The notes below the pieces were generated by a model that worked only from the letters and a program-made list of their open reading frames with translations, was not told where the DNA came from and made no database searches. From contig JBPOID010000005.1 of the NCBI GenBank assembly GCA_052034805.1, forward strand, positions 50,984 through 114,983: a stretch of 64,000 nucleotides of DNA. Direction: 5' to 3'. Origin of the DNA: Candidatus Tayloriibacteriota bacterium (GTDB lineage: Bacteria; Patescibacteriota; Minisyncoccia; Phycocordibacterales; PALSA-1337). Below, piece by piece: positions 8,784 to 18,193 of the stretch. How positions within the stretch are numbered: the first letter of the stretch is position 1; every line of letters begins with the position of its first letter. A program made the translations under genes and the position numbers.

Positions 8784-9740
8784 CTATTTCAATGTATTAT
8801 TCAAAATAGATAAAATATCATTTGCCCTATCCATACTACCGAGAATCACTATAGAATAAAGTTTTTTGGGTGATCCAATATCGAATAATTCCAAACCAGT
8901 TAATCCAGATTCTGGTATATATCCATTTTTTCCACCTCTATATGATGAAATATTTAGAAATCTTATAGGATTAGTCCATGTATGAGTTCTTATTATTTTT
9001 GTTTTAGTATTTGTTATATCAAATATTTCTTTTTGATTATTCTGTATCCATTCTGACATTATGGATATATCTCTTGCAGTAGAAACATTCTTTGGAGAAA
9101 GACCTGTAGGATCATAGAAAAATGTATTCTTTGCACCTATTGATTTTGCCCAATCATTCATCTTTTTTATAAATGCCTTCCTACCGTATTCACGCGCGAG
9201 GGCTTCGGCGGAATCATTGCTAGAAGTCATAAGTAATGGATATAATAATTCATCTCTAGTGAATTTCTCCCATAGGAATAATCCTCCAGTATCGCCTTGT
9301 GTCTTCAGCACATCTTCGGTAATCTCTATTTTTTTATCTTTATCTATAAGTCTTTCCGCTATAACAGCAGTAGCGAGTTTAGTGATGGAGGCGATTGGCA
9401 AAACTTTATTTGCATTCTTTGAAGCTATTATTTTCCTATTATCCATATCATATAAAAGATATGAAATAGCAGAAATCTCTGAAGAAGGTTTGATTATAAA
9501 ATAATTAGAAGAATTATCTTTTATACCATTATCGATTTTATCTTTTGATGAATATATCAATACTCTAGAAAAAGCAGAAATAAATGTATTATCCAATTCT
9601 TCGCCTTCTTCATCTTTGAATATAACTTTTTTATCTATAGATGAAGCATTGGTTTTATCTATAATAAAAATAGCAAATAAAATACCTACGAATACAGCAG
9701 ATGCAATAGATAAAAAGAATTTTCCCTTGATTTTCGGCAT
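8784..9740 (-). CDS. D-alanyl-D-alanine carboxypeptidase (peptidase S11)
   Basis: PIASITK (SxxK), SSND (SxN), GGKNG motifs; N-terminal TM. Confidence 0.88.
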   Translation of the reverse strand: MPKIKGKFFLSIASAVFVGILFAIFIIDKTNASSIDKKVIFKDEEGEELDNTFISAFSRVLIYSSKDKIDNGIKDNSSNYFIIKPSSEISAISYLLYDMDNRKIIASKNANKVLPIASITKLATAVIAERLIDKDKKIEITEDVLKTQGDTGGLFLWEKFTRDELLYPLLMTSSNDSAEALAREYGRKAFIKKMNDWAKSIGAKNTFFYDPTGLSPKNVSTARDISIMSEWIQNNQKEIFDITNTKTKIIRTHTWTNPIRFLNISSYRGGKNGYIPESGLTGLELFDIGSPKKLYSIVILGSMDRANDILSILNNTLK

Positions 9741-9746
9741 ATTGGA

Positions 9747-10631
9747 TTATTGATTCTGTTTTGAAAAATATACAGTATTACCAAAATGTAAATTTATGGA
9801 ATCAAATATAGGTGCATTGGCGCTTTTTGCTTTTATTAAAGCATCTTTCCAGAAAACTAATAGATTGGATAATGTATCCTTTAAAGATTTTTTATCATCG
9901 AAATATACAGTTATATCGTCCGTAGATGATGCGTTTTTAGAAAATACATTTTTCAAATACATTTCATATTCTCCATTATCACCGATAAGCATACCGAGAG
10001 GTACTAGACCATTGCTTATAGATACAGAGAGAAAATTCTGCAAATCATCGAATTTATTTTTATCTATAAAATAAGATCCAGTAGAAATATCTTCCTTACT
10101 ATTCGGATAATAATATGTATTGTATGAATTATCATTTACATCACTTGTACTAGCTTTATCATATATATAACCTTTATTATCAGATAAGAAACAATTATCA
10201 ACTATATCATCACCACGGAATCCATCGCAGACAATAGCGCTAGGCATTCTTTCTTCTATATTTATAATTATTTTAGAAATACCTGATCTCTTTACTGAAA
10301 TATCATTTATTATTTTATATTTGGAAATGAGATCATTCATTATATATTTCTTCGGAAAGAAAATAATATTCGAACGAGGAATTATTCCAAAATAATTCCC
10401 TTCTAGATCGGACCAAATAACTTCTTTTATATTATCTGTTAATGAATTATTTGTACCTATCACATCTATATCAGATATTTGGAAAACAGATAATCTAGAT
10501 AAAAGTAAAATATTTATAATAATCAATAATGTACAAAAAATAGAGAGCACAGTAGAAGCAATCAATATCTTTCTTCTTTTCTGTACAAATTTTGAAGACT
10601 TTAAAGCATTTTTATGCCTAGAAAAATACAT
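9747..10631 (-). CDS. ftsQ: Cell division protein FtsQ/DivIB-like
   Basis: Basic N-terminus, single TM, POTRA-like region (ISDIDVIG...INIEER), C-terminal INLHFGNTVYF. Confidence 0.7.
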   Translation of the reverse strand: MYFSRHKNALKSSKFVQKRRKILIASTVLSIFCTLLIIINILLLSRLSVFQISDIDVIGTNNSLTDNIKEVIWSDLEGNYFGIIPRSNIIFFPKKYIMNDLISKYKIINDISVKRSGISKIIINIEERMPSAIVCDGFRGDDIVDNCFLSDNKGYIYDKASTSDVNDNSYNTYYYPNSKEDISTGSYFIDKNKFDDLQNFLSVSISNGLVPLGMLIGDNGEYEMYLKNVFSKNASSTDDITVYFDDKKSLKDTLSNLLVFWKDALIKAKSANAPIFDSINLHFGNTVYFSKQNQ

Positions 10632-10637
10632 AATTTA

Positions 10638-11903
10638 CTATGATAAAGAAATTTTATCCTTACCCATATATTTTCTCAATACTTCTGGAATAGTTATGGA
10701 ACCATCTGCATTCTGATAATTTTCTATAAGAGATACTAGAATTCTAGGAGTAGGAATAGCTGTAGAGTTTAGAGAGTGGGCATAACGAAGTTTGCCTTCA
10801 TTATCACGATAACGAATATTCAAGCGACGAGTTTGGAAATCATGAAAATATGATGCTGAGGATATTTCGCGGTATTTGTATTCTTTTGGTACCCATAATT
10901 CTATATCGTATTTCTTTACTTGACCCAATCCTAGATCTGCACCGCAGTTTATAACTGTTCTATATGGAATCATAAGTGACTCTATGAATTCTTCTGTATT
11001 TCTATTTATTTCTTCATGCAAAGCGACTGAGGCTTCATGACTGGCTTCACATAGTATCAACTGTTCAAATTTATAAAATTCATGAACACGAATAAGACCC
11101 TTTACATCTCTACTATGAGATCCAGCCTCGCGACGATAACAAGGAGAAAATCCTAAATAACGTTTAGGTAATTCTTTAATATCTAAAACTTCTTCACTAT
11201 GAAATGACATAAGTGGAACTTCTGCTGTTCCTGCTAGAACATCATTGTCTTGTGTCATATAGAAATCTTCTACATCTCCGGGCAAATGTGCTGTACCGTA
11301 TAATGCAATCTTTCTAACAATAGTCGGAGCTATAACTGGCATTAAATTCTTTTTACTGAAAAATTCTAAAGCATATTGCCAAATAGCAAAAGTTAATCTT
11401 GCTCCATCTCCAGTCAGGAAATATCCTCTGAATCCATGCACCTTGGCTCCACGTTCGAAATCAACCATTTTGAGCTTTGTCATAAGCTCTATATGATCCT
11501 TTGCTTCAAAATCAAAATTAGTTTTCTCTCCCCAAGCTTTTATTTCTTTATTGAAATCCTCATTTTCGCCTTCTGGTACAGATATATCTGGAATATTCGG
11601 CACACGCAACATCATATCCTGCCATTTCTTCATTATATCTTTCAATTTCTCTTCTTCATCTTCTAGACCAGCTTTCAAATGCTTCATGGATTCTATAAGC
11701 TTTTCGCGATCTTCTCCATTTGCTCTTATTATTTTCTGACTTGCTAGATTCTGTTCTGTTCTTTTCTTTTCTATAGAAGAAATCAATGCACGACGTTTGT
11801 CATCGAGTTCTATAAGCTCAGCAATGTCTATTTTTACATGCTTTTTCTTTGCACCTAATTCAACTATATCTTTATTTTCCCTTATGAATTTGATATCTAA
11901 CAT
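10638..11903 (-). CDS. serS: Serine--tRNA ligase
   Basis: MLDIKFIREN, GTAEVP, CYRREAGS, GLIRVHEFYKFE, EISSAS motifs. Confidence 0.97.
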   Translation of the reverse strand: MLDIKFIRENKDIVELGAKKKHVKIDIAELIELDDKRRALISSIEKKRTEQNLASQKIIRANGEDREKLIESMKHLKAGLEDEEEKLKDIMKKWQDMMLRVPNIPDISVPEGENEDFNKEIKAWGEKTNFDFEAKDHIELMTKLKMVDFERGAKVHGFRGYFLTGDGARLTFAIWQYALEFFSKKNLMPVIAPTIVRKIALYGTAHLPGDVEDFYMTQDNDVLAGTAEVPLMSFHSEEVLDIKELPKRYLGFSPCYRREAGSHSRDVKGLIRVHEFYKFEQLILCEASHEASVALHEEINRNTEEFIESLMIPYRTVINCGADLGLGQVKKYDIELWVPKEYKYREISSASYFHDFQTRRLNIRYRDNEGKLRYAHSLNSTAIPTPRILVSLIENYQNADGSITIPEVLRKYMGKDKISLS

Positions 11904-11987
11904 GGTTAAATCATAACATATAATGCTATAATTAATCCAGATTTTGCTCTAGCACATAATGTTGGTAAACATAAACCAAATAAAACA

Positions 11988-12653
11988 ATGAAAGATGTGA
12001 TACCCATTGTAATCACGGTTACTGTATTCTTTCTTGCTACAGTGGTGTACTGCTCATTCTTTGAATGGAATTTGCACAAACACTGGATGCATAAACCTTG
12101 GAAAATACCTTTCACAAAATGGAAGGTAGAATATCCCTTCAAAGCACATGCTCTGACTCATCATGTGATCTTTAGAGCAGATGAAACATATCATCTCATA
12201 AAAGATGAAGACAAATGGACTATACCTATGGCCTGGTGGAATGGACCGGTGCTCGTTGCCGTATCCTCCACACCATGGATCATTCCATCTATCATAGTGC
12301 ATTCTGTATTCTCTATATCATTTTGGGTGCCTTATACGGCTTCTACCGTTACCATAGCACTCTATTATGTTATATATGAATACATTCATTGGTGCATGCA
12401 TTTGCCACAACCCAAACATCAGAGACTTTTGGAACGTTCTAGTTTGTTCAGAAAGCTGAACGGCCATCATCTCTTGCATCACTTTTGTCAGCACAAGAAT
12501 TTCAATGTGGTTTTTCCACTTGCTGATTTCTTCATGGGTACCTTGATCACGGTTTCCAAATTTCGTTTCAATCAGCCGGAAGGACCGAGCGTACCCAATG
12601 TTCAACCTGACGGAATATCATTGCCTGATAAGAAATTAGTAGGCAATACTTAA
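11988..12653 (+). CDS. Fatty-acid hydroxylase / sterol desaturase family protein, cassette-type
   Basis: His boxes HKHWMH, HALTHH, HWCMH, HHLLHH plus NFNVVFPLADFFMGT. Confidence 0.85.
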   Translation: MKDVIPIVITVTVFFLATVVYCSFFEWNLHKHWMHKPWKIPFTKWKVEYPFKAHALTHHVIFRADETYHLIKDEDKWTIPMAWWNGPVLVAVSSTPWIIPSIIVHSVFSISFWVPYTASTVTIALYYVIYEYIHWCMHLPQPKHQRLLERSSLFRKLNGHHLLHHFCQHKNFNVVFPLADFFMGTLITVSKFRFNQPEGPSVPNVQPDGISLPDKKLVGNT

Positions 12654-12655
12654 TT

Positions 12656-12696
12656 AAGCCCCCTCGAGAGAAGCCTCTCGTGGGGCTTCTTCTTAT
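12656..12696 (+). terminator. Intrinsic terminator
   Basis: aagcccc..cgagag / ctctcg..ggggctt hairpin followed by T-rich tract. Confidence 0.7.
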
Positions 12697-12713
12697 TTGG
12701 ATTATCTTTATAG

Positions 12714-13022
12714 AGAAAATCGGTTCACTGATTATAAAATTGGACTTTATGTATAAGAAAATTGGACTTCATGTCATAGAAAATTGGACTTGGCTACTAA
12801 GAAAATCGGTTCGCCGATCTTGCGGTCGGAAGCTCTTTTTCTTTACTCCGTACACTCGCAAAGAAAAAGACTTCCTCCCCGTCGGCTCACACGATTTTCT
12901 AATACGTAATCTAGAAAATTGAGACTTGGCACGGTGCGGGAGCCTTTCCGTAACGGAAGTGGAGGAAAGGTCTCACGCACGCAAGATGCCAAGTCCAATT
13001 TTCTTAGTTTAGTTAATTTTCT
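12714..13022. repeat. Dispersed double-hairpin element, copy 1 (module A 12800-12900, module B 12913-13004, half-site array 12714-12800)
   Basis: Near-identical to 58797-59080 and 60036-60312. Confidence 0.92.
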
Positions 13023-13090
13023 TATATATAAAAATCCACACATAAAAATATATTAAAATAAATAAAAAAACATGTAAGAAAAGTAAAGCA

Positions 13091-13125
13091 AAATAAAAAG
13101 CGGCGCAACATATGTTGCACCGCTT
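13091..13125 (-). terminator. Intrinsic terminator
   Basis: aagcgg-cgcaaca-ta-tgttgc-accgctt hairpin with U-tract on - strand. Confidence 0.7.
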
Positions 13126-13144
13126 CGGCCTAAGCCTTATGGTA

Positions 13145-13375
13145 TCACTCGCGCATGCGAGTACGACCGCTACGGTCGCATTTGACCCGATCCTGAAGCT
13201 TCAGATGTTGTCCAGTATTCGCAGGAATGGCAAACCGGTTGAAAAAATCAATCCCCTCTCCAGCCCTACTCTCTTCCTCGTTACCCCTCCTTGCTTGACG
13301 GGCACTGTGTACTGCGATTTGTCCGCCAGTAGTCAGGACGTTCTGATCATTAACTTTACTCAGGTCTTTCGCCAT
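13145..13375 (-). CDS. Small hypothetical protein (76 aa), cassette-type
   Basis: Lies between a promoter (13451-13479) and a terminator (13091-13125), both oriented on the - strand; GGAG upstream. Confidence 0.55.
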   Translation of the reverse strand: MAKDLSKVNDQNVLTTGGQIAVHSARQARRGNEEESRAGEGIDFFNRFAIPANTGQHLKLQDRVKCDRSGRTRMRE

Positions 13376-13450
13376 AGTATTGTAGACTCCGATTTTTTAA
13401 CTACCATTTTTACCAGTATATCCACAACAGATATACTACTCCAACAAAGA

Positions 13451-13479
13451 ATAGTACAAGAACGAATAACAAATGTCAA
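13451..13479 (-). promoter_or_regulatory. Sigma70-type promoter of 13145-13375
   Basis: TTGACA-N17-TACTAT. Confidence 0.7.
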
Positions 13480-13510
13480 ATGAATTATCAACAAAAATAA
13501 TAAATAGAAT

Positions 13511-14398
13511 ATGTATAAAATAATAAATAAAAAAGATAAAGAATTTCCCCCATTATTACTCGAAATAAATGATACACCAGAAAGACTTTTCTATATTGGA
13601 AATATTTCTAAATTACAAGATAAAGAAATGAAAATACTCTGTATAGTAGGATCTAGGAAGTATTCTAATTATGGAAAAGAAGTTACAGAAAAATTAATTT
13701 CAGAAATCAAAGGATACAATATATGTATAGTATCTGGACTTGCTCTCGGTATAGATAGTATTGCACATAGAAGCGCTATAGATAATGGACTCTATACTAT
13801 AGCCTTCCCTGGATCAGGACTTCATAGAGAAGTTATGTATCCCACGACACATAGACAATTAGCAGATGAAATAATAGAGAAAGGAGGAGCATTATTCTCT
13901 GAATTTGAATTAAAACAAAAAGCTCAAGAATGGACTTTTCCACAGAGAAATAGACTTATGGCTGGTATATCTCATGCAACTCTTATAATAGAAGCCGGTG
14001 TGAAAAGTGGCACAATGATCACAGCCAGACGCGCTATGGAATACAATCGCGATGTAGCGATAATACCAGGTGAAATATTTGATCCATTGAGAGAGGGTCC
14101 ACATAGTCTAATGCGTGACGGTGCTGTACCTATAACATGTAGTGATGATTTATTGGAATTATTGGGTTTTAGCAGACGAGAAGGTCAAAGTAGTCTTAAT
14201 TTCAAAGATAATAATATTCTAGAAAATCTAAATGAAAATGAGAGAAAAATATTAGGAATATTACAAATAGAATCTTGTAATAAAAATACATTAATAAATA
14301 GATTAGGAATGGATACAAAAGTTGCAAATATAATTATATCTTCTATGGAATTAGAAGGACTTATAGAGGATATAGATGGGAGAATTAAAATAAAATAA
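13511..14398 (+). CDS. dprA: DNA-processing protein DprA
   Basis: IVGSR, IVSGLALGIDSIAH, FPQRNRLMAGIS, SGTMITA motifs; precedes topA. Confidence 0.95.
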   Translation: MYKIINKKDKEFPPLLLEINDTPERLFYIGNISKLQDKEMKILCIVGSRKYSNYGKEVTEKLISEIKGYNICIVSGLALGIDSIAHRSAIDNGLYTIAFPGSGLHREVMYPTTHRQLADEIIEKGGALFSEFELKQKAQEWTFPQRNRLMAGISHATLIIEAGVKSGTMITARRAMEYNRDVAIIPGEIFDPLREGPHSLMRDGAVPITCSDDLLELLGFSRREGQSSLNFKDNNILENLNENERKILGILQIESCNKNTLINRLGMDTKVANIIISSMELEGLIEDIDGRIKIK

Positions 14399-14482
14399 TT
14401 TGCAAAAAAAATCATTTCCATGTAATACTTAACCTATTACAAAAAGAGAAAACCTAATTCAAAGCATTTTGTAAATTTAAAA

Positions 14483-16762
14483 ATGAAACTACTAATTGTA
14501 GAATCTCCAGCAAAAGCAAAAACCATTTCCAAATATCTAGATGGAAAATATACTGTAAAAGCTTCTGTTGGACATATAAGAGATTTGCCTAAAAGCAATA
14601 AGAAAGCTATTGATATTCCAAATGGCTTTATTCCGCATTATGAAATATCTCCAGGTAAAGAAAAAGTAGTAGAAGAAATAAAACAATTAGCAAATAAAGC
14701 TGATGAAGTAATACTTGCAACAGATCCAGACCGTGAAGGAGAAGCTATAGCTTGGCATATAGCTGAAGCCGTAGGATTAAAGAAACCGAAGCGTGTAGTA
14801 TTCCACGAAATTACAAAAGAAGCCATACAAGAAGCGATAAAGGAACCCAGAGAAATAGATGAGAATCTACGCACAGCCCAAGAAGCACGTAGAGTTCTAG
14901 ATCGTTTAGTGGGTTATGATCTATCAGGACTTATATGGAAAAAAGTTCGTTATGGATTATCTGCTGGTCGTGTACAATCCCCCGCTCTACGCATCGTGGT
15001 AGAGCGTGAACGCGAAATACGCGCCTTCAAACCAGAAAAGTTTTGGGTCATAACCGCATTGGTCACTACACATTTAGATAAAAAAGGAATACCTCTATTA
15101 CTCACATGTACGAAAGAACCAAGAGATGAAAAAGAAGTAAAAGATATATTAAAGAAAGGAAAAGAAGCCCAAGAAAGAGGTGAATGGGAAATAGTAAGTG
15201 TAGACGAAACAACAGTAAATCGCTCCCCTCGTGCACCTTTTATAACTTCTACCCTACAACAAACAGCGAGTTCAAGATTGGGATTTGCACCTAGTCGTAC
15301 TATGTCTATAGCACAGAAATTATACGAAGCAGGACATATAACATATATGAGAACAGATAGTACAAATCTATCAAAAGTAGCATTAGGCCAAATAGCAGGA
15401 TTAATAGAAAAAGATTATGGAAAGAAATACCTACAATTTCGTACATATTCAGCAAAGAGTAAAAATGCCCAAGAAGCACATGAAGCAATACGTCCAACAC
15501 ATATAAATGTAGAAAAAGCAGGAATGAATGATGAACAGAAAAAACTATATAGATTGATATGGCAAAGAACAATAGCTTCACAAATGGCCGATGCAGAAAT
15601 GCTTCGTACAAAGATAATCGCAAATATTTCTCTAAAAGATAATATTCCAGATTTTTATGCAAATGGTTCGAGACTTCTATTCCCAGGTTGGCTTGCTGTA
15701 GACAAAGAAGCGCGTGGTGAAGATGTAGAATTACCAAAATTAGAAAAAGGTAATAGTCTAGATTTAAAAGAAATAAAAAGTGAAGAAAAAGAAACCGAAC
15801 CACCTAGTAGATATAGTGAAGCAGGACTTGTAAAAGAATTAGAGAAAAGAGGAATAGGTCGTCCTTCAACATATGCATCTATAATAAAGACAATAGAAGA
15901 ACGTGGTTATGTAGAGAAATATCCACCACCAAGCGGAAAAGCATTGAAACCTACAGATACAGGAGAGGTTGTTTCTACATTTCTTGAAGATAATTTCATG
16001 CATTATATAAATGATTCCTTTACAGCAGAGATGGAAGATTCTCTGGATGATATCGCTTTGGGTAAAAAAGAATATGGAAATACATTAAAGAAATTCTATA
16101 TACCTTTCGCAAAAGAAATAAAAGAAAAAGAAAAAACAGCAAAGATAACAACATTAGGCGATGCAGATAGCAGATTCAAATGTCCAAAATGTGGTAGCGA
16201 TATGGTTATTAAGCTTGGTCGTGGTGGCAAATTCATTTCTTGTTCTCGTTATCCAGACTGTGATGGAGCTCTTATGATAGATGGTACAGAAATAAAGAAA
16301 GATGAACCAATAGGAAATGATCCCGAAACTGGATTACCTATATATGTATTAGTAGGAAGATTCGGACCTTATGTGCAATTAGGTGAAAAGGTTATGAAAG
16401 CCAAGAAAACAAGAACAAAGAAAATAAAAAAGAATGAAGAAGGAATAGTAAAAGGAGAAGTAAAAAAAGTTAAACCAAAAATGGCTTCTATACCAAAGGG
16501 TGTAGACATAAGCAAGGTTACAATAAAAGACGCTTTGAAATATCTAAGCTTACCTAGAATATTAGGACTCGATCCGAAAACCGGTAAAGAAATAAAAGCA
16601 AATATAGGAAGATTCGGACCTTATATTATGCTTGATGGAGATTTCCGCTCAATAAAGGAAAAAGATGGTGATAATCCTTATGAAATAACTTTAGAGAGAG
16701 CTTTAGAAATACTTTCAAAGCCTAAAGCCATAAGAAAAGGAAGATTCGCTAAAACGAAATAA
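14483..16762 (+). CDS. topA: DNA topoisomerase I
   Basis: LIVESPAKAKTI, ATDPDREGE, SAGRVQS, ITYMRTDS, one C4 zinc finger, GRFGPY repeats. Confidence 0.97.
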   Translation: MKLLIVESPAKAKTISKYLDGKYTVKASVGHIRDLPKSNKKAIDIPNGFIPHYEISPGKEKVVEEIKQLANKADEVILATDPDREGEAIAWHIAEAVGLKKPKRVVFHEITKEAIQEAIKEPREIDENLRTAQEARRVLDRLVGYDLSGLIWKKVRYGLSAGRVQSPALRIVVEREREIRAFKPEKFWVITALVTTHLDKKGIPLLLTCTKEPRDEKEVKDILKKGKEAQERGEWEIVSVDETTVNRSPRAPFITSTLQQTASSRLGFAPSRTMSIAQKLYEAGHITYMRTDSTNLSKVALGQIAGLIEKDYGKKYLQFRTYSAKSKNAQEAHEAIRPTHINVEKAGMNDEQKKLYRLIWQRTIASQMADAEMLRTKIIANISLKDNIPDFYANGSRLLFPGWLAVDKEARGEDVELPKLEKGNSLDLKEIKSEEKETEPPSRYSEAGLVKELEKRGIGRPSTYASIIKTIEERGYVEKYPPPSGKALKPTDTGEVVSTFLEDNFMHYINDSFTAEMEDSLDDIALGKKEYGNTLKKFYIPFAKEIKEKEKTAKITTLGDADSRFKCPKCGSDMVIKLGRGGKFISCSRYPDCDGALMIDGTEIKKDEPIGNDPETGLPIYVLVGRFGPYVQLGEKVMKAKKTRTKKIKKNEEGIVKGEVKKVKPKMASIPKGVDISKVTIKDALKYLSLPRILGLDPKTGKEIKANIGRFGPYIMLDGDFRSIKEKDGDNPYEITLERALEILSKPKAIRKGRFAKTK

Positions 16763-16763
16763 A

Positions 16764-17837
16764 CTAAATAGAAAAATCTTTCAAAGAATATATTTCTTGA
16801 TTTTCTTCTTCTTTGACTTCTTCTCTTGATCTATCGTCAACAGGTTTATCGTCTTTTGATTCTCCATTTACAATATCTAATGGTGTAGATTTTGATATTG
16901 AAGATATATTTTCTTGAACATATTGTTCTCTTTCTTTTATATGTAATGCATCTATTTCATCTGCACTCATTGCACTGTTTGTATTGTTTGAATTATTAGA
17001 AACTCTATCAGAAATCTTATCTATTATCTTGTGAACATCACTTGCAGTATAGAAATCAATAGTTATACGTCCACCACGGCCGAGTTTGTTTATACTTACT
17101 TTTGTACCAAGCATTTCTTTGAATTTATTTTCAAGCTCAAGCATATCTGGTTCATTTGACCAATCCTTCTTTCTAACTCTATCTTGGGCTGTACGACGAG
17201 CAATAGACTCTGCTTCGCGTACGCTTATCTTTCTAAACATTATTTCTTTAAAGAGAGTCATTTGCTCTTCTTTATGATCTGTAAGCATAAGCAATGGTCT
17301 AGTATGACCTTCTGCTATTTTGCCTTCAGAAAGAGCATTCAATATTTCTTCTGGCAAAGCGAGAATTCTCATAGTATTGGAAACATATTCCCTACTTTTA
17401 CCAACTTTCTCGGCTACTTGTGCGTGCTTTAGATTGAATTCTTTCACAAGGCGATCGAAAGCACGTGCACGATCCACTGCATTTATATCTTCTCTTTGTA
17501 AGTTTTCTATTATGGCTAATTCTAGTTTTATCCTAGGATCATTTTCTCCACTTCGGATAAGCGCTGGCACCTGAGCAAGTCCCGCTACTTTTGAAGCGCG
17601 TAAACGACGTTCTCCAGATATGAGTTCATATTCAACAGCCATACCACCATCAGGCTTTTCATATTCATGACGAGTAACTATAAGAGGTTGTAGAATACCG
17701 TACATTCTTATAGACTCAGCCAAATCTCTGATTTTATCATCATCGAATTCTCTTCTAGGCTGATATGGGTTTGGTTTTATTTTTTCTATTTCAATCCAAA
17801 AGACTGAATCACCAAAATATTGTGATGTATTAGGCAT
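16764..17837 (-). CDS. parB: ParB/Spo0J chromosome partitioning protein
   Basis: NPYQPR, LISGERRLRAS, ENLQRED, HTH region. Confidence 0.93.
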   Translation of the reverse strand: MPNTSQYFGDSVFWIEIEKIKPNPYQPRREFDDDKIRDLAESIRMYGILQPLIVTRHEYEKPDGGMAVEYELISGERRLRASKVAGLAQVPALIRSGENDPRIKLELAIIENLQREDINAVDRARAFDRLVKEFNLKHAQVAEKVGKSREYVSNTMRILALPEEILNALSEGKIAEGHTRPLLMLTDHKEEQMTLFKEIMFRKISVREAESIARRTAQDRVRKKDWSNEPDMLELENKFKEMLGTKVSINKLGRGGRITIDFYTASDVHKIIDKISDRVSNNSNNTNSAMSADEIDALHIKEREQYVQENISSISKSTPLDIVNGESKDDKPVDDRSREEVKEEENQEIYSLKDFSI

Positions 17838-17937
17838 GGATATATTTTAACATAGAATCATAACATGCAAAATTTTATTTTAAATAAAATTAATAAAATT
17901 GATTTTTACAAAAATATTGGGTATTCTTGTAGAAGAT

Positions 17938-18018
17938 GCCAGAGTGATGAAATAGAAAACATACTCGACTCAAAATCGAGCGCCGTAAGGCTTGTGGGTG
18001 CAAGTCCCACCTCTGGCA
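17938..18018 (+). tRNA. tRNA-Leu(CAA)
   Basis: GCCAGAG/CTCTGGC acceptor, CTCGA-CTCAAAA-TCGAG anticodon arm, long variable arm; atypical D and T loops. Confidence 0.88.
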
Positions 18019-18066
18019 CAGAATACTATAGGAAATATATAGACCTGAGTCTCACCATGCCCACTA

Positions 18067-18095
18067 TTGACAAATCTATATATGTATATTAATAT
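18067..18095 (+). promoter_or_regulatory. Sigma70-type promoter of 18194-19279
   Basis: TTGACA-N17-TAATAT. Confidence 0.65.
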
Positions 18096-18193
18096 TTTTA
18101 TAGATTGGATAGTTCCAGTTCTACTGCATAGCTTGTCCATTTATAAAAGGATGCAAAGCAGTAAAAACAAAACAACAAAATAAAGAGGTACGT

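Noticed and set aside
12714-12813. CRISPR or plasmid iteron origin
   Set aside because: Units are about 13 nt with 7-9 nt spacers, too short for CRISPR; there is no rep gene and they belong to the dispersed hairpin element.
12680-13043. ORFs 12680-12922 and 12843-13043 (also 58470-58874, 59958-60173)
   Set aside because: They run through the non-coding repeated hairpin element and have no consistent start or stop between copies.
13112-13483. 123-aa + strand ORF
   Set aside because: Starts inside a terminator hairpin; promoter, SD and U-tract all support the - strand 76-aa ORF instead.
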